DNA of 64,000 nt from Podarcis melisellensis (Eukaryota): assembly GCA_964234715.1 (NCBI GenBank), contig OZ174286.1, one strand, 5' to 3'. A program made the position numbers and the translations under genes. The notes below the pieces were generated by a model. The model ran no database searches, had not been told where the DNA came from, and saw only the letters and a list, made by a program, of their open reading frames with translations. Below are positions 35,007-47,201 of the stretch, piece after piece; the first letter of the stretch is position 1; each line of letters opens with the position of its first letter.

Positions 35007-38000
35007 AAATGTAAACATTTTATATGTTAAATGTGTTTTTTAAATGTGTTAAAGAAAGAAAAAGATAGGTAGTTAAGGAAAAGGGAAAGTTCTTCCAGAG
35101 GCAATGAAATCTAAAATGTAGACATGATCAGAACTGAAACACTGGTCACCAGAATTTAATCACTTTATGCTGGTGTCTTTGTTTAAAGAAATAGTATTTG
35201 CTGCTAAGTGTCATGTAAAGATGGTATTGCACTGCTTGTATATTGAGGAATATAGTGGGGGGGAAAAACATTTCATAATTATTGGTTGGCTTTCTTAAAC
35301 TTTTTGCTTAATGATAGAATAGCACTATGTGCTGCTGCAGCAGTATCAGCAGTCATTTAATAAGTTGGTAATAAATAAAAAACATTGTTAGTGGAGGCAT
35401 GTCAATGTCCCATATCTAATCAGAAGTGCTGTGTCATGTACAAGAGTAAATGAACTGTAAAGTGAATGTTAGTGATCTGTGGCCTGATTTTCAAGAGCTT
35501 GCAAATCCCAAAGACTGACTGAAAATATATTCACTTCTAAAGAATCAGGCCAGTATTGTCTTAGGGACAAATCCTCAAAAGTCTTATGAAGATGGACTGT
35601 GACAGATTGCAAATTAAGCCTTTTACGTATATAGATCTATTTCCTTAAACATCTTTATCTCTGTTGGAGCTGTTTGTAGGGTTCCATTATGCATTAGTTA
35701 GTTAAAATTAAATAAAACGGATAATGTAATATATTTTCTTATTAGTGTTGCAGCATACTAAGCCTTTTGATCAATTTTTTTGGTCTGGTAAACATGTGGA
35801 TTATTGGAAAACTTTTTATTTAAGTATTTTTATTAGGGTCTTGTCCCTTTTCAGAACTCTTTCATAAATAGAGGAATAATAGCACAGAATACACAGAAAT
35901 TCTCCTTGTTTAAGTACCATTGATTTCACTGGAATTTAGGTTTGCTTCAGGTCTTTATGGACTATGGCCTAGCACTCAACTCTTCTTCAGATATATTTGT
36001 TATTTATGGATTATATGTAATTATAACAAAGTGAAACATTATTAACATAGGCTTGCAAATAAAATGCTGCCTATGCTTATATGACATAACTCCTGTAGGT
36101 ATAAAACACATGTTAAACATGTGTTTAGATTATAAGTATTTTGATTTTATGAAACCCTTCAGTTTTATCCCATTCTGTTTTATAATATACTAAAAAGGGT
36201 GCAAAATTGTGTGTAAGACAACACATCTGTCTCTGACACTGTACATGAAACAATGGAAAGGGGCAATGTATCTTTTAATCACACTCCACTATTTTATATA
36301 TAAAAACTGCCAGTTTAGATCTAGCCAGTGACCTTTGGTAAACCTAGTGCCCTGTCTAATTGTTCGAGAAATATGCAGGTATGGGATGATCTGCTCTTTG
36401 CACCTCCCCCCCCCAATTCCTGACATTCAAAGGGTTTAGATTTAGTGCAGTCTACTAAGCATATATGCCTGTATAATGCACAATCATTAACATAGAGCTT
36501 ATGCAGATCTCCCACAATGCATCCAAATAAGTGAATGGAGGTTTGTGCAGCAGTCGACTCTGCACCCTTTGAGAGAGACTATGTGCAGAAGTGCTCTGGT
36601 CACATTGGCTAATAACCACAGATTAATATGTTTAATACTGTATTTTAACCAATGTAGTATATTGCCCCACTTCTGTGGTGCAATTGCAGATTTAGTATAC
36701 TTTGCAAGGAAGAACAATGGATTTGGTGTCATGTAATTCTTGCATTGTACTGAAGAGTATATAGCAGTTTTATATCTACTTTACCCTGTTTATGATATTA
36801 TACATTTCCATACTATGAGCTCTGAATTTTCCTTCAAATGGTGTAATTCTTGATTGGATTTAATCTTGTATGGAAGATGTTCTGTATTCCAGTAGCATTC
36901 TATAGATATTATTTCTTCTTAGAAAAAAAAATCATATTTGGTATAATATGTGTACTTTCATAATGTGGATTTATACAGAATTACATAATTATTTGTGTCT
37001 TTTCTCGCCCTTAATGCTTTCTAGCATCCCATTTCACTTGACTCCAGCTCTATAGTTAGTTATCATCAAGATTTGCTTACTTAGAGGGGACCACTTACAC
37101 AATTTTAGGTTATTTATTTTCTGGCTAGGATTTACCCCAGCATACCCACTTGTGAAAATGAGATTTCCGTTTGCTATTTTAACTTGTTTTGTTCTTTAAG
37201 AACAGCTTTTAACTGTTTACAAGGGTGTAAAAATGAAGTGGAATAAAAAATTATAAGATACTTTTAAATCTGATCTTTGTCACTTGCCACTTGCTTTCCT
37301 TATTGAGTAATTTCACTGATAGTATCCTGCAGAAGATCTAGAGTCCAACTGAATGTTAGCTGTTTATGAAATAATTCACACTTTGTGTTCATTTCCTTTT
37401 TGCCTATTTCTTCTGATTACCAGCTTTGATTTTAAACAAAATATTTCCCAATGCAGGATGTTGCTGGTGATCTTTTCAGTACAAAAAAATACTGTATATC
37501 CTACATACCAGGCCAGAAAACAAGACTTTTGTGGTCTTGTTTTCTGTTACTGTGTTAGTTCTCCTGCATGTTTCTCAGCAATTCTCTTAATTTCTATGTG
37601 CTTTAAACTAGATTAAGTAAATGTGAGATGAAACTATTTTTGTTACTTGGAAATAGGGGCATAGATTCATTAGTTACATGCGGTAATAGGCTGAATATTG
37701 AGTTCCTAGTCAAACCAACAGAGATTATGCAATATGGCAATAGGAAGAGTTGGATCCAAAGCCCGTTAAATTCAAAGCAGCCCTGATACTGATATAAATG
37801 GTGCCGCATTAAGACAGAAGTTACATGTATTTTAAATAGTAGGTAGCTTTTTACGTGCCCTTACTCCAGCTAAGGCAGAGAGCTGGGGGAAATGCTTTGT
37901 GCTGTCATGTTCAAGAATCTATACTTGAAAACTGTGAATGTCAGAAGGAAATTGCAATATTCTTGTAATTAAGTGGACAGGAAGTATTTGAATTCACCAG

Positions 38001-38985
38001 CATCTTAGGTCTATATGTATTTTTAATTTTTAAGATGAATTTAAAAATGTCTGAAGTATAATTTTGATAGGAAGCTGCTGTAATGTTATCTCTCGACTCT
38101 GACACAGGAAATGCTTGGCCCTCAAAAGACTCAATGAGGTCACAGTCTTCAAAGAAATTGTAATGTGCTCTCGGTTTGTGTGTGTTAATTTTTTTTTTTT
38201 TTAAGAAACAAAAGTTTCCAAATTGTAAAAGTGTCTGTCACATTACATGCTGATCAGGATTTCCTGTTGTGACCTAAATTAGCTATACTGTCTACATGTG
38301 CCTTTAATTTCTTGCATGTCATATTGACTGCTGTTATACTTAAGGTTTTTCTTTAGTATAGTGTCTTAATCGCTTGGTTCAGTTATACAGAGATCCTATA
38401 CTACATCATACAGAAGCCTTGCCTTTTAAGTAGAGATTAATAGCATGTTACATTTCTTTTTTCTTTAGCTATTCATTGGGCTAGATTCCAAAGATATTTG
38501 ATGATCAAAACATAAGCCATAAGTATTTGAATGGCACAGTCATTTTCTTCCTAAAATCTCACACAAGCGAATTTGTGCAAAATTTCATAAACTATGGAGG
38601 ACCTCAGGAATTTGACAAGTATTTTATTGCCTGGCATTGTATAAAGGTGTTGCTTGATATATACATATATATCTTTTGTAGAGCTCTTGTGGCTGATTAT
38701 ATCAGCAAAACATTCCATCAGCTGATGAGGTTTGCATTCATCTGGGCACTTTTAAATTAGATTATCCAAATAAGAGAAGCTTTGTATTTTGAACAGAAAT
38801 TTTCTAAGAACTGTTGTCATGCTGGGATTTTATTTTAAACCATTGTTGATGGGAGCCAGTAAGGGATCTTAAGGAATGTTGATTTGCAAGGGGTTAAGGA
38901 GCAGCTAAAGAAAGTTGCTGGGTCTTTTATGTGGGGTTTTCCTCCCTCCTCTTCCTTTTAAATATAATTTATAATCTTCCTACAG

Positions 38986-39140
38986 GTCGCCTGTAAGTAA
39001 TTTACAGATTCGTTATGATCAGCCAGGGAATAGCAATGTGGAGCATTTGCCCCCGGTGCCAGTTACTATAGAGCAACTTCTGGAGAGGCAATGGAGTGAA
39101 GGGCAACAGTTCTTGCTAGAACAGGGCACCCCTAGTGACA
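38986..39140 (+). CDS. MLLT10: MLLT10 exon with the octapeptide motif EQLLERQW, 155 nt
   Basis: cttcctacag acceptor, ACA|gtaagt donor; OM motif of the DOT1L-binding OM-LZ. Confidence 0.97.
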
Positions 39141-39436
39141 GTAAGTACTTCATACTGTCTTGCCTGTTTCAAACGCTGAACATTGTTAACCATGTATGGC
39201 CCCATTTGTGTAATATCCAACAGAGAAATGTTTTCTGGTGAGTGTGCGTTAATTACGTTTGAACAGTGATAAACATTGCTAAAGCATAATAATGTGTTTA
39301 AACATGGTTCTGGCAGCCTCTCCCCATCTTGGAATGAAAAAATGCTTGCCTGAAATGTTGGCCAATGACATTTTGCTCCAGAACCTTGACAACGGGGGAG
39401 ATCTGGTTAGTGGGTTACAGCAGATGTGGGAACATT

Positions 39437-39438
<2 letters not shown>

Positions 39439-39477
<39 letters not shown>
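39439..39477 (+). repeat. (AAT)13 microsatellite
   Basis: Direct reading. Confidence 0.95.
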
Positions 39478-40911
39478 TTATATATGTGGTCTAAATGATT
39501 GCCTGAGCCCCTTTTGAGAAGTGATTTTCTGTTTGTAATCCAAGCATTTAAATATTTGAAATGGTAAAATTAATATTTTTAAACAATTAACAAATAAAAC
39601 ATTGAGCGTGCTTCCCTGGTTGTTGATAGTGAGAGAAGTGCCATCTAGTTGGTATTTTTTTTTTATGAATGGTACCCTGACAAAAATGCTAATTGTGAGG
39701 AAATTCATGCAGGGATAATCCTTTAAACATGATAGCTGGAGGACAGGTTTAGCTAAGTCTTATTGCATCTCATTTGGGCACACTGAGAGTTCCTTTGTAT
39801 GTTCTTGAAGAGGAGGGATAAAAAAGCTAAATCCTTGGGAAATGACCAGATGTGCCTGTACCAGTAGACTGGCGTCTGTATTAGGCCCAGAGGTCACGTT
39901 GAACAAGTACAATTTACAATTTAAAAAGTAGCTTTTACCATGTTTTAATCGCTAAACTATCTTGCATGCAGGCTGATGCGAAAGTCCCAAAATTCACCCA
40001 AAATCCAAATTTGAGGGTAGAGAAGATGGTATGTGGCTGAGGATGTGCTTTATCTGCAGGGAGAGGGCAGAGACTGCAGGGTTCCTCCTGCTCCCTGCTG
40101 GGTGCTCTTTAGAGGGACATTGAAAGCAGCTGGAGTCTGTTGATTTAAAAGCAATAAAAACAGAGTAAAAGTTTTCATTGATTACATAAATTTGCAGGTT
40201 TTTTGGCCAATGAGTCAACAAATCAGCCCCCCCCCCAAAAAAAATAAAAAAGAAAACCCTACAAAACTGTTCTGTGAGAGCATAATAGCATTTAAAACTT
40301 TTGTACAACCCAAACTGAGTATCTTTTTCTTGAACAATTACTTGGCAGTGGATGCTCCTGAAGGAATCTTTCCTTTAGAAAAGTGATGGCAAACTGAAAG
40401 CGTGTGCGCTGCCATTTGTTTATGGCCATTGGTAGGGACAAATGAGAGTGGGTTACAAAATTCTTTGCGCGTTAAGCCGGGTACAGGAGTCAGACTTTGT
40501 CCTCTGAAATATGTGTGTCATATTAAGAAGCTTATACACTTGGGGCTTCCAGAATATGTGCAGCACAGGCATGCACTGGGTTACCTGGAGGATATACACT
40601 AAGCAGAGATGGGGATAAACAGATGTGTATGAATTGACCCCTGTAGTTCTCACCATGCCTAACTTCAAAGGGAATTTAGAGCATTTTTCACCTCTTTGCC
40701 TGTCTTTCTGATAAGGACATATCTTAAAAAGAAGTTACTAGAGAAGTAAAAAAGTGCTCTCTAGTAACTGATTTGCTAGTGGTGTCTTAGATTTTTTTAA
40801 AAAAATATATTATTCCAAGCCGGAACAATGTATGCAGTTATTATGTTAAGAAATAGCACCTTTAATTAGAATTTTTCAGGGACTTGGATTGATTGGTCGT
40901 ATTTTGGTCAG

Positions 40912-41100
40912 TTTTAGGTATGCTGAAGTCATTGCACCAGCTTCAAGTTGAGAACCGACGCTTAGAAGAACAGATTAAAAACCTGACTGCTAAAAAGGAA
41001 CGCCTCCAGCTACTAAATGCCCAGCTTTCAGTTCCTTTCCCAACAATAACCTGCAATCCGAGTCCTTCACATCAAATACATGCATTTTCAGCTCAGGCTG
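40912..41100 (+). CDS. MLLT10: MLLT10 leucine-zipper exon (ILGMLKSLHQLQVENRRLEEQIKNLTAKKERLQLLNAQL...), 189 nt
   Basis: ggtcag acceptor, CTG|gtaagg donor; heptad L/I repeat. Confidence 0.97.
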
Positions 41101-41516
41101 GTAAGGCAACAGTAGTAGTTTTTGTTTTTAATGCAGAGCTCTGTCACAACTTCCAGAAAGCTTTTGGCCTCTTACTATTGCCTGTTATCTGTATGAGAAG
41201 GAAGCAAATTGAATGTTTCTACTGATTTTATTCTATATTTTGACCTGTAAAATCAGTAATTTCTGAGAACACTTTTAAAGAGACTATATGTTGGCCAGGT
41301 GAAACTTAAGAGATTAAATTAATTTAAGTACTTCTGCTGGCTGTGGATTCATATTGAGCAGCAAAAAAGCAGATCACTATTAGTCCATATATTTAATATA
41401 ACATTAATTCACTTTTATTTAAGTGTTCCACATTGAATTAGGTTTTATGCCTTTTGGGTGCAGAAACAGAGATTTTCTCACACTCTCGTTTGTTTGTTTT
41501 TAACTCATGCTTTTAG

Positions 41517-41605
41517 CTGCTAGCACTGATTCTTTGAACAGCAGCAAGAGCCCTCATCTGGGAAGCACCTTTCTACCTGACAATTCCCTTCCCGTATTAA
41601 ATCAG
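41517..41605 (+). CDS. MLLT10: MLLT10 exon (AASTDSLNSSKSPHLGSTFLPDNSLPVLNQ), 89 nt
   Basis: cttttag acceptor, CAG|gtactg donor. Confidence 0.95.
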
Positions 41606-41720
41606 GTACTGTTTGTTTTCTTTTCCATGCATTCTAAGACTTCTGCTAGGTTAATAGTGCATCTCGATTATTTGCTTTTGTGTGAAGTTTGATGCAGCTG
41701 AGCCTTTGTGTTTTCACTAG

Positions 41721-42076
41721 GAGATCAACTCCAGTGGACAAAGCACCAGTAGCTCCTCTGCTCTTTCCACTCCCCCACCTGCTGGGCAAAGTCCAGCTCA
41801 GCAAGGCACCGGAGTCGCAGGAGTTCAACAGGTCAATGGCGTGACAGTGGGGGCACTTGCCGGCGGAATGCAAACTGTAACATCCACCATTCCTGCCGCC
41901 GTTGGTGGAATAATTGGAGCTCTGCCAGGTAACCAGCTGGCAATCAATGGAATTGTTGGGGCTTTAAATGGGGTAATTCAGACTCCTGCCACAATATCGC
42001 AGAACCCTTCTCCTCTCGCTCACGCAACTGTGCCACCAAACACAGCACATCCTCTGCCAACTACACTGAGTAGCAG
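41721..42076 (+). CDS. MLLT10: MLLT10 exon (EINSSGQSTSSSSALSTPPPAGQ...PLPTTLSS), 356 nt
   Basis: ttttcactag acceptor, CAG|gtaagc donor; matches AF10. Confidence 0.96.
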
Positions 42077-43832
42077 GTAAGCCTTTGCTCTTGTTTGTGT
42101 TTTTGGCTCATATTTGCTATTCTTCCCCCCCCCTCTTTTTTAAGTCTGTCTAAAATAACTGCTTTTTCTTGAAGGTACTGAGGGAAGAGCTTAAAAACAG
42201 TGAAATTCTTACTGTGTTTGAATTTCCTTTTGCATGTGAATAGGAAACTTAAGCAGTCATTCTCTCTTGCAGCAGCTGACTCCTAAAACATAGGATTAAT
42301 TTCTATGATTTTGTTTTGAGCATGGAGTGTGTGTTCATCTGTGCATGTTCTTGTTTTTGTTTTTTGAACAGTCAACTTCAGTTTAGATCCTTTCTCCCAA
42401 GTTCTCCTCTTAACCGTCTGCACTGCCACAATATGCTCCCTCCAGCTTAGCTTGGGGGCTTATACTGCATGAGTTGACTGGACAACGGGATATGTGATGC
42501 AGCTATTCTATTTCCATGACATGCTCTAAAGTTGCCATGTTCCTTAGTTCATCTGGCTGTTGAAATATCTAGCCGCAAGGGACACAATTCTGCTGATTGT
42601 GCTTCTGGTCGTCTGTTCAGTCACCTGGGTTTTACACCTGGACAGACTTTGTTTTGGGAAAATCTAGAACTAGGCTTGCATTTTGGCAGACTGCTTTCCC
42701 CTACTGTCTGCACATGCTCTAAGTATATGTTCCCACTCGGTTCCTTTTTTACTGCTACAACAGTAACACCATATGAAACACTCTGTTTGCTTAGCATCTA
42801 TCTCTAGTGTATTGGATAACTTCATTTATCCTGTGTTTTGCATTGGCATATTTATTTATATTTCACTGTACCTTTCTGTGCCCTTGCTGTCCTTTTCTTT
42901 AGCATATGGCTTTAAAGGCAGCCCCTTTCCATAAGCATCTGTCTTGAATTGGCAAGGGAAGGAACACTTTTGACTAAGCAGCCACTCTTTTGGCCTTCTC
43001 GGTCCTAGAAGGCCATGTAGTTGAGACCTGGGAGCAGTGCTGGTTTCTTACTAGGTGATGTTGGAGAAATGGGTGCATCCAGGTTTTGGGTTCTCCTTTC
43101 CGGAGCAAGCACTGCTGGCAGCCAGCATAAAGCCAGGGCCTCCACCACAGCTCCGCCTTGTGCTCCGCCCTGGTTTCATCAGCTGCACTTCCCATAGCTG
43201 GCAGTCCTGCTACGTCTCTGCCTACTGGTAGCACCTTGATAGTGCAGTAGAGGCACCCCTGGCACAGAAACTCTCCATGTCTGCTTCAAGTTCATGGATG
43301 GACTGTGTTGCCCATTGTAAACAGCATTCAGTGTGTTTTTTTCTAGAAAGTGCAGGATGAGTGCATGTACTTTTTCAAACTTGCAAGTAAGCACTAGGAA
43401 GTCATCCTTCTCTCCCACCACTGGGTTTTTGTGCATGCAAAATGTGGGTGAGATTTAGTCCTGCATTTGGTTTTGCAAGTATGCAAAAAAAGAGAAAAAA
43501 TAAAAAACTACTGCTAATTTGTCTTCAGAATTCAGGGGAGGATTAAGTACTTCCCTTGTTTGGCTGCATTTATACTTGGATCTGTAAATGTAATCTGAAA
43601 TGACAAGAACTCTAGTTTTGTTTTTCCTAAGATAAGATACATCAAAGTTTTAAAATAATTTTAGTGGGATGTATAATCAAATGCATCTAGGCACATGCAT
43701 GTTAATCTGCATATATTTAATGTTTTAGATTTTTTTTTTTAACTTTTGCTGAAAGAGTGCCATAAAAATGATCAAGGAGCTAATTCACCAGATAAATGAA
43801 TTTTCAGTTAAGAGTTTGTTGGTAATTTGCAG

Positions 43833-43935
43833 TGCTTCTGGACTTGGGTTTCTTCCGGAGCAACAGAGACAACTCCTGCTACATCAACAGCACCAGCAAT
43901 TTCAGCAGTTACTGAATACTCAACAATTCACACCA
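43833..43935 (+). CDS. MLLT10: MLLT10 Q-rich exon (SASGLGFLPEQQRQLLLHQQHQQFQQLLNTQQFTP), 103 nt
   Basis: aatttgcag acceptor, CCA|gtgagt donor. Confidence 0.95.
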
Positions 43936-44244
43936 GTGAGTCTTTTTTTATCGTCCCTTTTATTTCCAGAGTTCGGGGGCAAGTGTTGATGTTTATGTGG
44001 CTAGTTTGGGTCTTGTTCTAAATCTTGTCACAAGCTTCAAAAAGGTGCTCACAGAGAGGGACCCAGGGAAAATGATAGAACTGTTTTTAATAAGAGAAGC
44101 ACGAAAGGCTGCTTGAGCTTTAAGCAGTTCAGAATCTTGGATGAGAAGAAGTAGATGGCCAGATGTATTTTGGTGCCTGAGGTGTCATCAAAAGGACTTT
44201 CGTAAAAAACAACAACACCTAAATCGAAATGAAGTGAAGCTGCT

Positions 44245-44424
44245 GTGTTAGCAGCACTGAAGTGACCTCCCCCGGGTGCAGGCCTGGGCAGTGTGTGTGT
44301 TTGAGTGGACGTCCTCAGATGACAAGACCCTCCTCAGCCTCTCTGATGGGGTCCAAAGGAAAGCAGAGCAATGCATTTGGCACCAGCTTGGCTGCAGGAG
44401 TTGCTGGAAGGAGGCATGCAAGGC
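44245..44424 (-). mobile_element. Partial copy of the element at 40-720
   Basis: Aligns by eye to about 170-360 (gaagtgacct, tttggcaccagcttggctg). Confidence 0.7.
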
Positions 44425-45673
44425 ACTATCCAACCATATCACAAAATTGCCACCTCTTTGCCAAGGGCCAAGCATACCTTCAGTTGTACAGATGTGGATG
44501 TTGGAACAAATGTAATTCCAACAACTCACCACACAAGTCATGCATGCCTCCCATAACTCTAGAAGAGCAAAGACAGTGCCCCCATGGCGTTGCCTGTCTC
44601 ATTCCTTCCAACCCGTCACTAACTATCTCCCATTTATTGGAGAAAAGAGGGCTGGCTCACTTTGCTCCGCAGGAAGTGGTGTGGGCGTCAGACTGGAAGA
44701 GGAGATGGTCTCCTCAACCTCTTTTGCTACTGCAGAACTGTTACGACATGCACCAACCTGGAAGGATTTTTCTTCAGCTTGAAAGATGTTTATGGCATTG
44801 GTACAAAATAAGAGGCAATGATATTCCTGAGAGATTTGTAGACATACAAACTTGCAGGCACAGTGTTCTCTTTCACGTGCATACATTTTTGAACGGGGTA
44901 CCAGGATGTGGGGGTAGACTATAAGCACCCTGAAGCTAAACATCCAATTACATTCACAATCCAGTATCCACTGAAGACAGATACACAAATGATGTTTTAT
45001 CTTATAGCTCTTTAGAAAGGTGCTTACTAGACCCTGCCGCCTGTTAGTTCTCCAAAAGAACTTTTTTCATTTAGCTTCTGACACAAATGCTTTTGCTTTG
45101 TACATCCATACTGGATTCTTAGATTGGCTTAGTCAGGAAGAAGACAGGGGCTTTCAGATATCTCTGTGCCACTACCCTTTAAAGTTATCTATCCCCTGGA
45201 TTTGTAGTCAACAGCATGACTTTCTGCTTTTCCTGGTTCACGTCTTTGTTTCTGCATCCCACTTGTCTGGTCAAAGTTGTGTTTTAGTTCTTGCAATAAA
45301 TTTATTCAATGCCTGCCAGTATGTTTCATACTTAAGCAGAGATGTGAACTGGACTTCCCTGTATCAAAGCTCTGCTCTTAATTGTGGCAAAACATTAGTT
45401 CTGAGCAGGCAAGGGACCTCTCCCTCCCTCTACCAACAGCAGCTTTAAGAGGCTAGTTCTGGCTGCTCTTCTGCCTTGAAGCTGTGGAAAAGTCAACTAC
45501 AGTCATCTTAAATCTAAACTACAGAAAAGTGTGTGTAAATCCTGGATAAGGGAGGAGTTACTTCACTCACAAGTTTAGTTTTCACCAGTTTTGACTACTC
45601 ATTTTTCTGAATGCAAGAAGAAGTGTGTTCACCCATAAAATGACTAAAACTGTCCTTCTCCATTGTACTTGAG

Positions 45674-45871
45674 GAACAGCACCAGGCTCTTCTGTATCAA
45701 CTAGTTCAGCAGCAACACCACCAGCCTGAAGTACAACAGTTGCAAATTTCTGGAGCAACACAGATTCCCATCAATAACTTGCTGGCAGGCAATCAGGCAT
45801 CCCCACTTCATACAGCTACGAGTAACCCATTCCTTACCATTCACGGGGATAACACAGCTCAAAAAGTAACT
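45674..45871 (+). CDS. MLLT10: MLLT10 penultimate exon (EQHQALLYQLVQQQHHQPEVQQLQ...DNTAQKVT), 198 nt
   Basis: Unusual GAG acceptor (acttgag|GAA), ACT|gtaagt donor; matches the long AF10 isoform. Confidence 0.92.
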
Positions 45872-47039
45872 GTAAGTATATACGTGTACTGCTCATATAA
45901 GCAAATTCAAGTGCAGGAGAAGGTCTTAACTAGGTAAAGGTTAAAAATACCAACCCCAAGGGAAATGTTTATATTAAAGATTAAATGGAGAGAGGAAATC
46001 CTGTTCAGCTACAAGTGTATGACTGAAATGAGTGGCTTGAACTGTCACATCTACTTTGGCATCCAGTCCTTAGACTGAGAACCCCTCTGGTCCCTGCCTG
46101 GTAAAGCCTTCAAGCTCCCCCCTCACTAGGATAATGTTGCAGGATAATCAGCAGCTCTTCTACTTTTCCAGGGGACAGCAAGGGCATTTGCTGCTACAGT
46201 TGCACTTGTGTGTGTGCCATTGCTGAGTTTTGACCACATGCTGCTCGTTGTTGCTTTGTACTAGCCATGGGGGTATTTTTGCGCTTTCAGCACCATCAAG
46301 TTACAATACTTTTCAATAAACTACTGGAAGACCCACAGCATAGTGAACTCTAGCACTGGAACATTAGCACAAGAGAGGAAAGAACCATTTTTCTGCGTTG
46401 GTATTGCCCATTACTGTTGTCTAGTTTTCTAAAAAATTTTTTACCAGAAAAGCTGTGTATGCTGTTCCTTTGATAGGACTTGGCTCAATAACATTACCCT
46501 GTCTTAGCAATTAACCACTGCTTTTAAATAGGGCTAGCCACCAATTTTAAAGAGTTAGTAACCAATCAGCAATTACCTGATCAATTAATCAGTATTGCAA
46601 ATTATTTGCATATTTCCCAAAACTCATTGAATGTGATATTTAGTGACAGAAACAAATAGGAAAGGCCATTTTTAATATTCCCCCCCCCCATTTCCTCACA
46701 TACCTAACCCCAACTGTCTGTAAAGGTGCTGCTTCTCAGTTGGAACAGTAGAAGTAAATGAACAGTGAATACATCTGCATTCATTATTTCATAATGAAAT
46801 GTGTGCTTTGTTTCCTAAAAATCCTGTAGATATTAATTCAAATTTTGTGTACTGTGGAGAAAACATAAACTGGCTGAATCCAGAAGCAGCTTATGAGAGC
46901 TTTTAGGTGGTGGTTTGCTCCCCCCCCCCTAGTGAGGGGAGTACAGGCTGGAGACCAAAGTTCATCCTTTTATGTCAAAAGTTTTCATTTTATGTTGCTT
47001 CTCAACCTTAGGAAGTTTTGCCATACGTAAAAACAATTT

Positions 47040-47045
<6 letters not shown>

Positions 47046-47097
<52 letters not shown>
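47046..47097 (+). repeat. (TA)n microsatellite, about 26 units, 60 nt upstream of the MLLT10 last exon
   Basis: Direct reading. Confidence 0.95.
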
Positions 47098-47101
<4 letters not shown>

Positions 47102-47156
47102 CCCTGATAATGTGACACAATTGTACGCTGGCCTGACATGTTGATTTCGTCTCCAG

Positions 47157-47201
47157 AGACTCAATGATAAAAGTGGACCAGTTGCACCGGAAAAGAATTG
47201 A
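47157..47201 (+). CDS. MLLT10: MLLT10 terminal coding segment RLNDKSGPVAPEKN*
   Basis: ttcgtctccag acceptor; TGA at 47199-47201; resembles the human end RLSDKTGPVAQEKS. Confidence 0.95.
   Translation, partial: RLNDKSGPVAPEKN

Noticed and set aside
41718-41723. TAGGAG tandem (NAGNAG) acceptor
   Set aside because: A distal GAG is rarely used and would remove only one residue; there is no evidence of use.
44262-44988. 220-aa + strand ORF and 121-aa - strand ORF in an MLLT10 intron
   Set aside because: The + ORF starts in a repeat remnant; neither has a recognisable domain or splice support. A BLASTx hit to a real protein would reopen the case.
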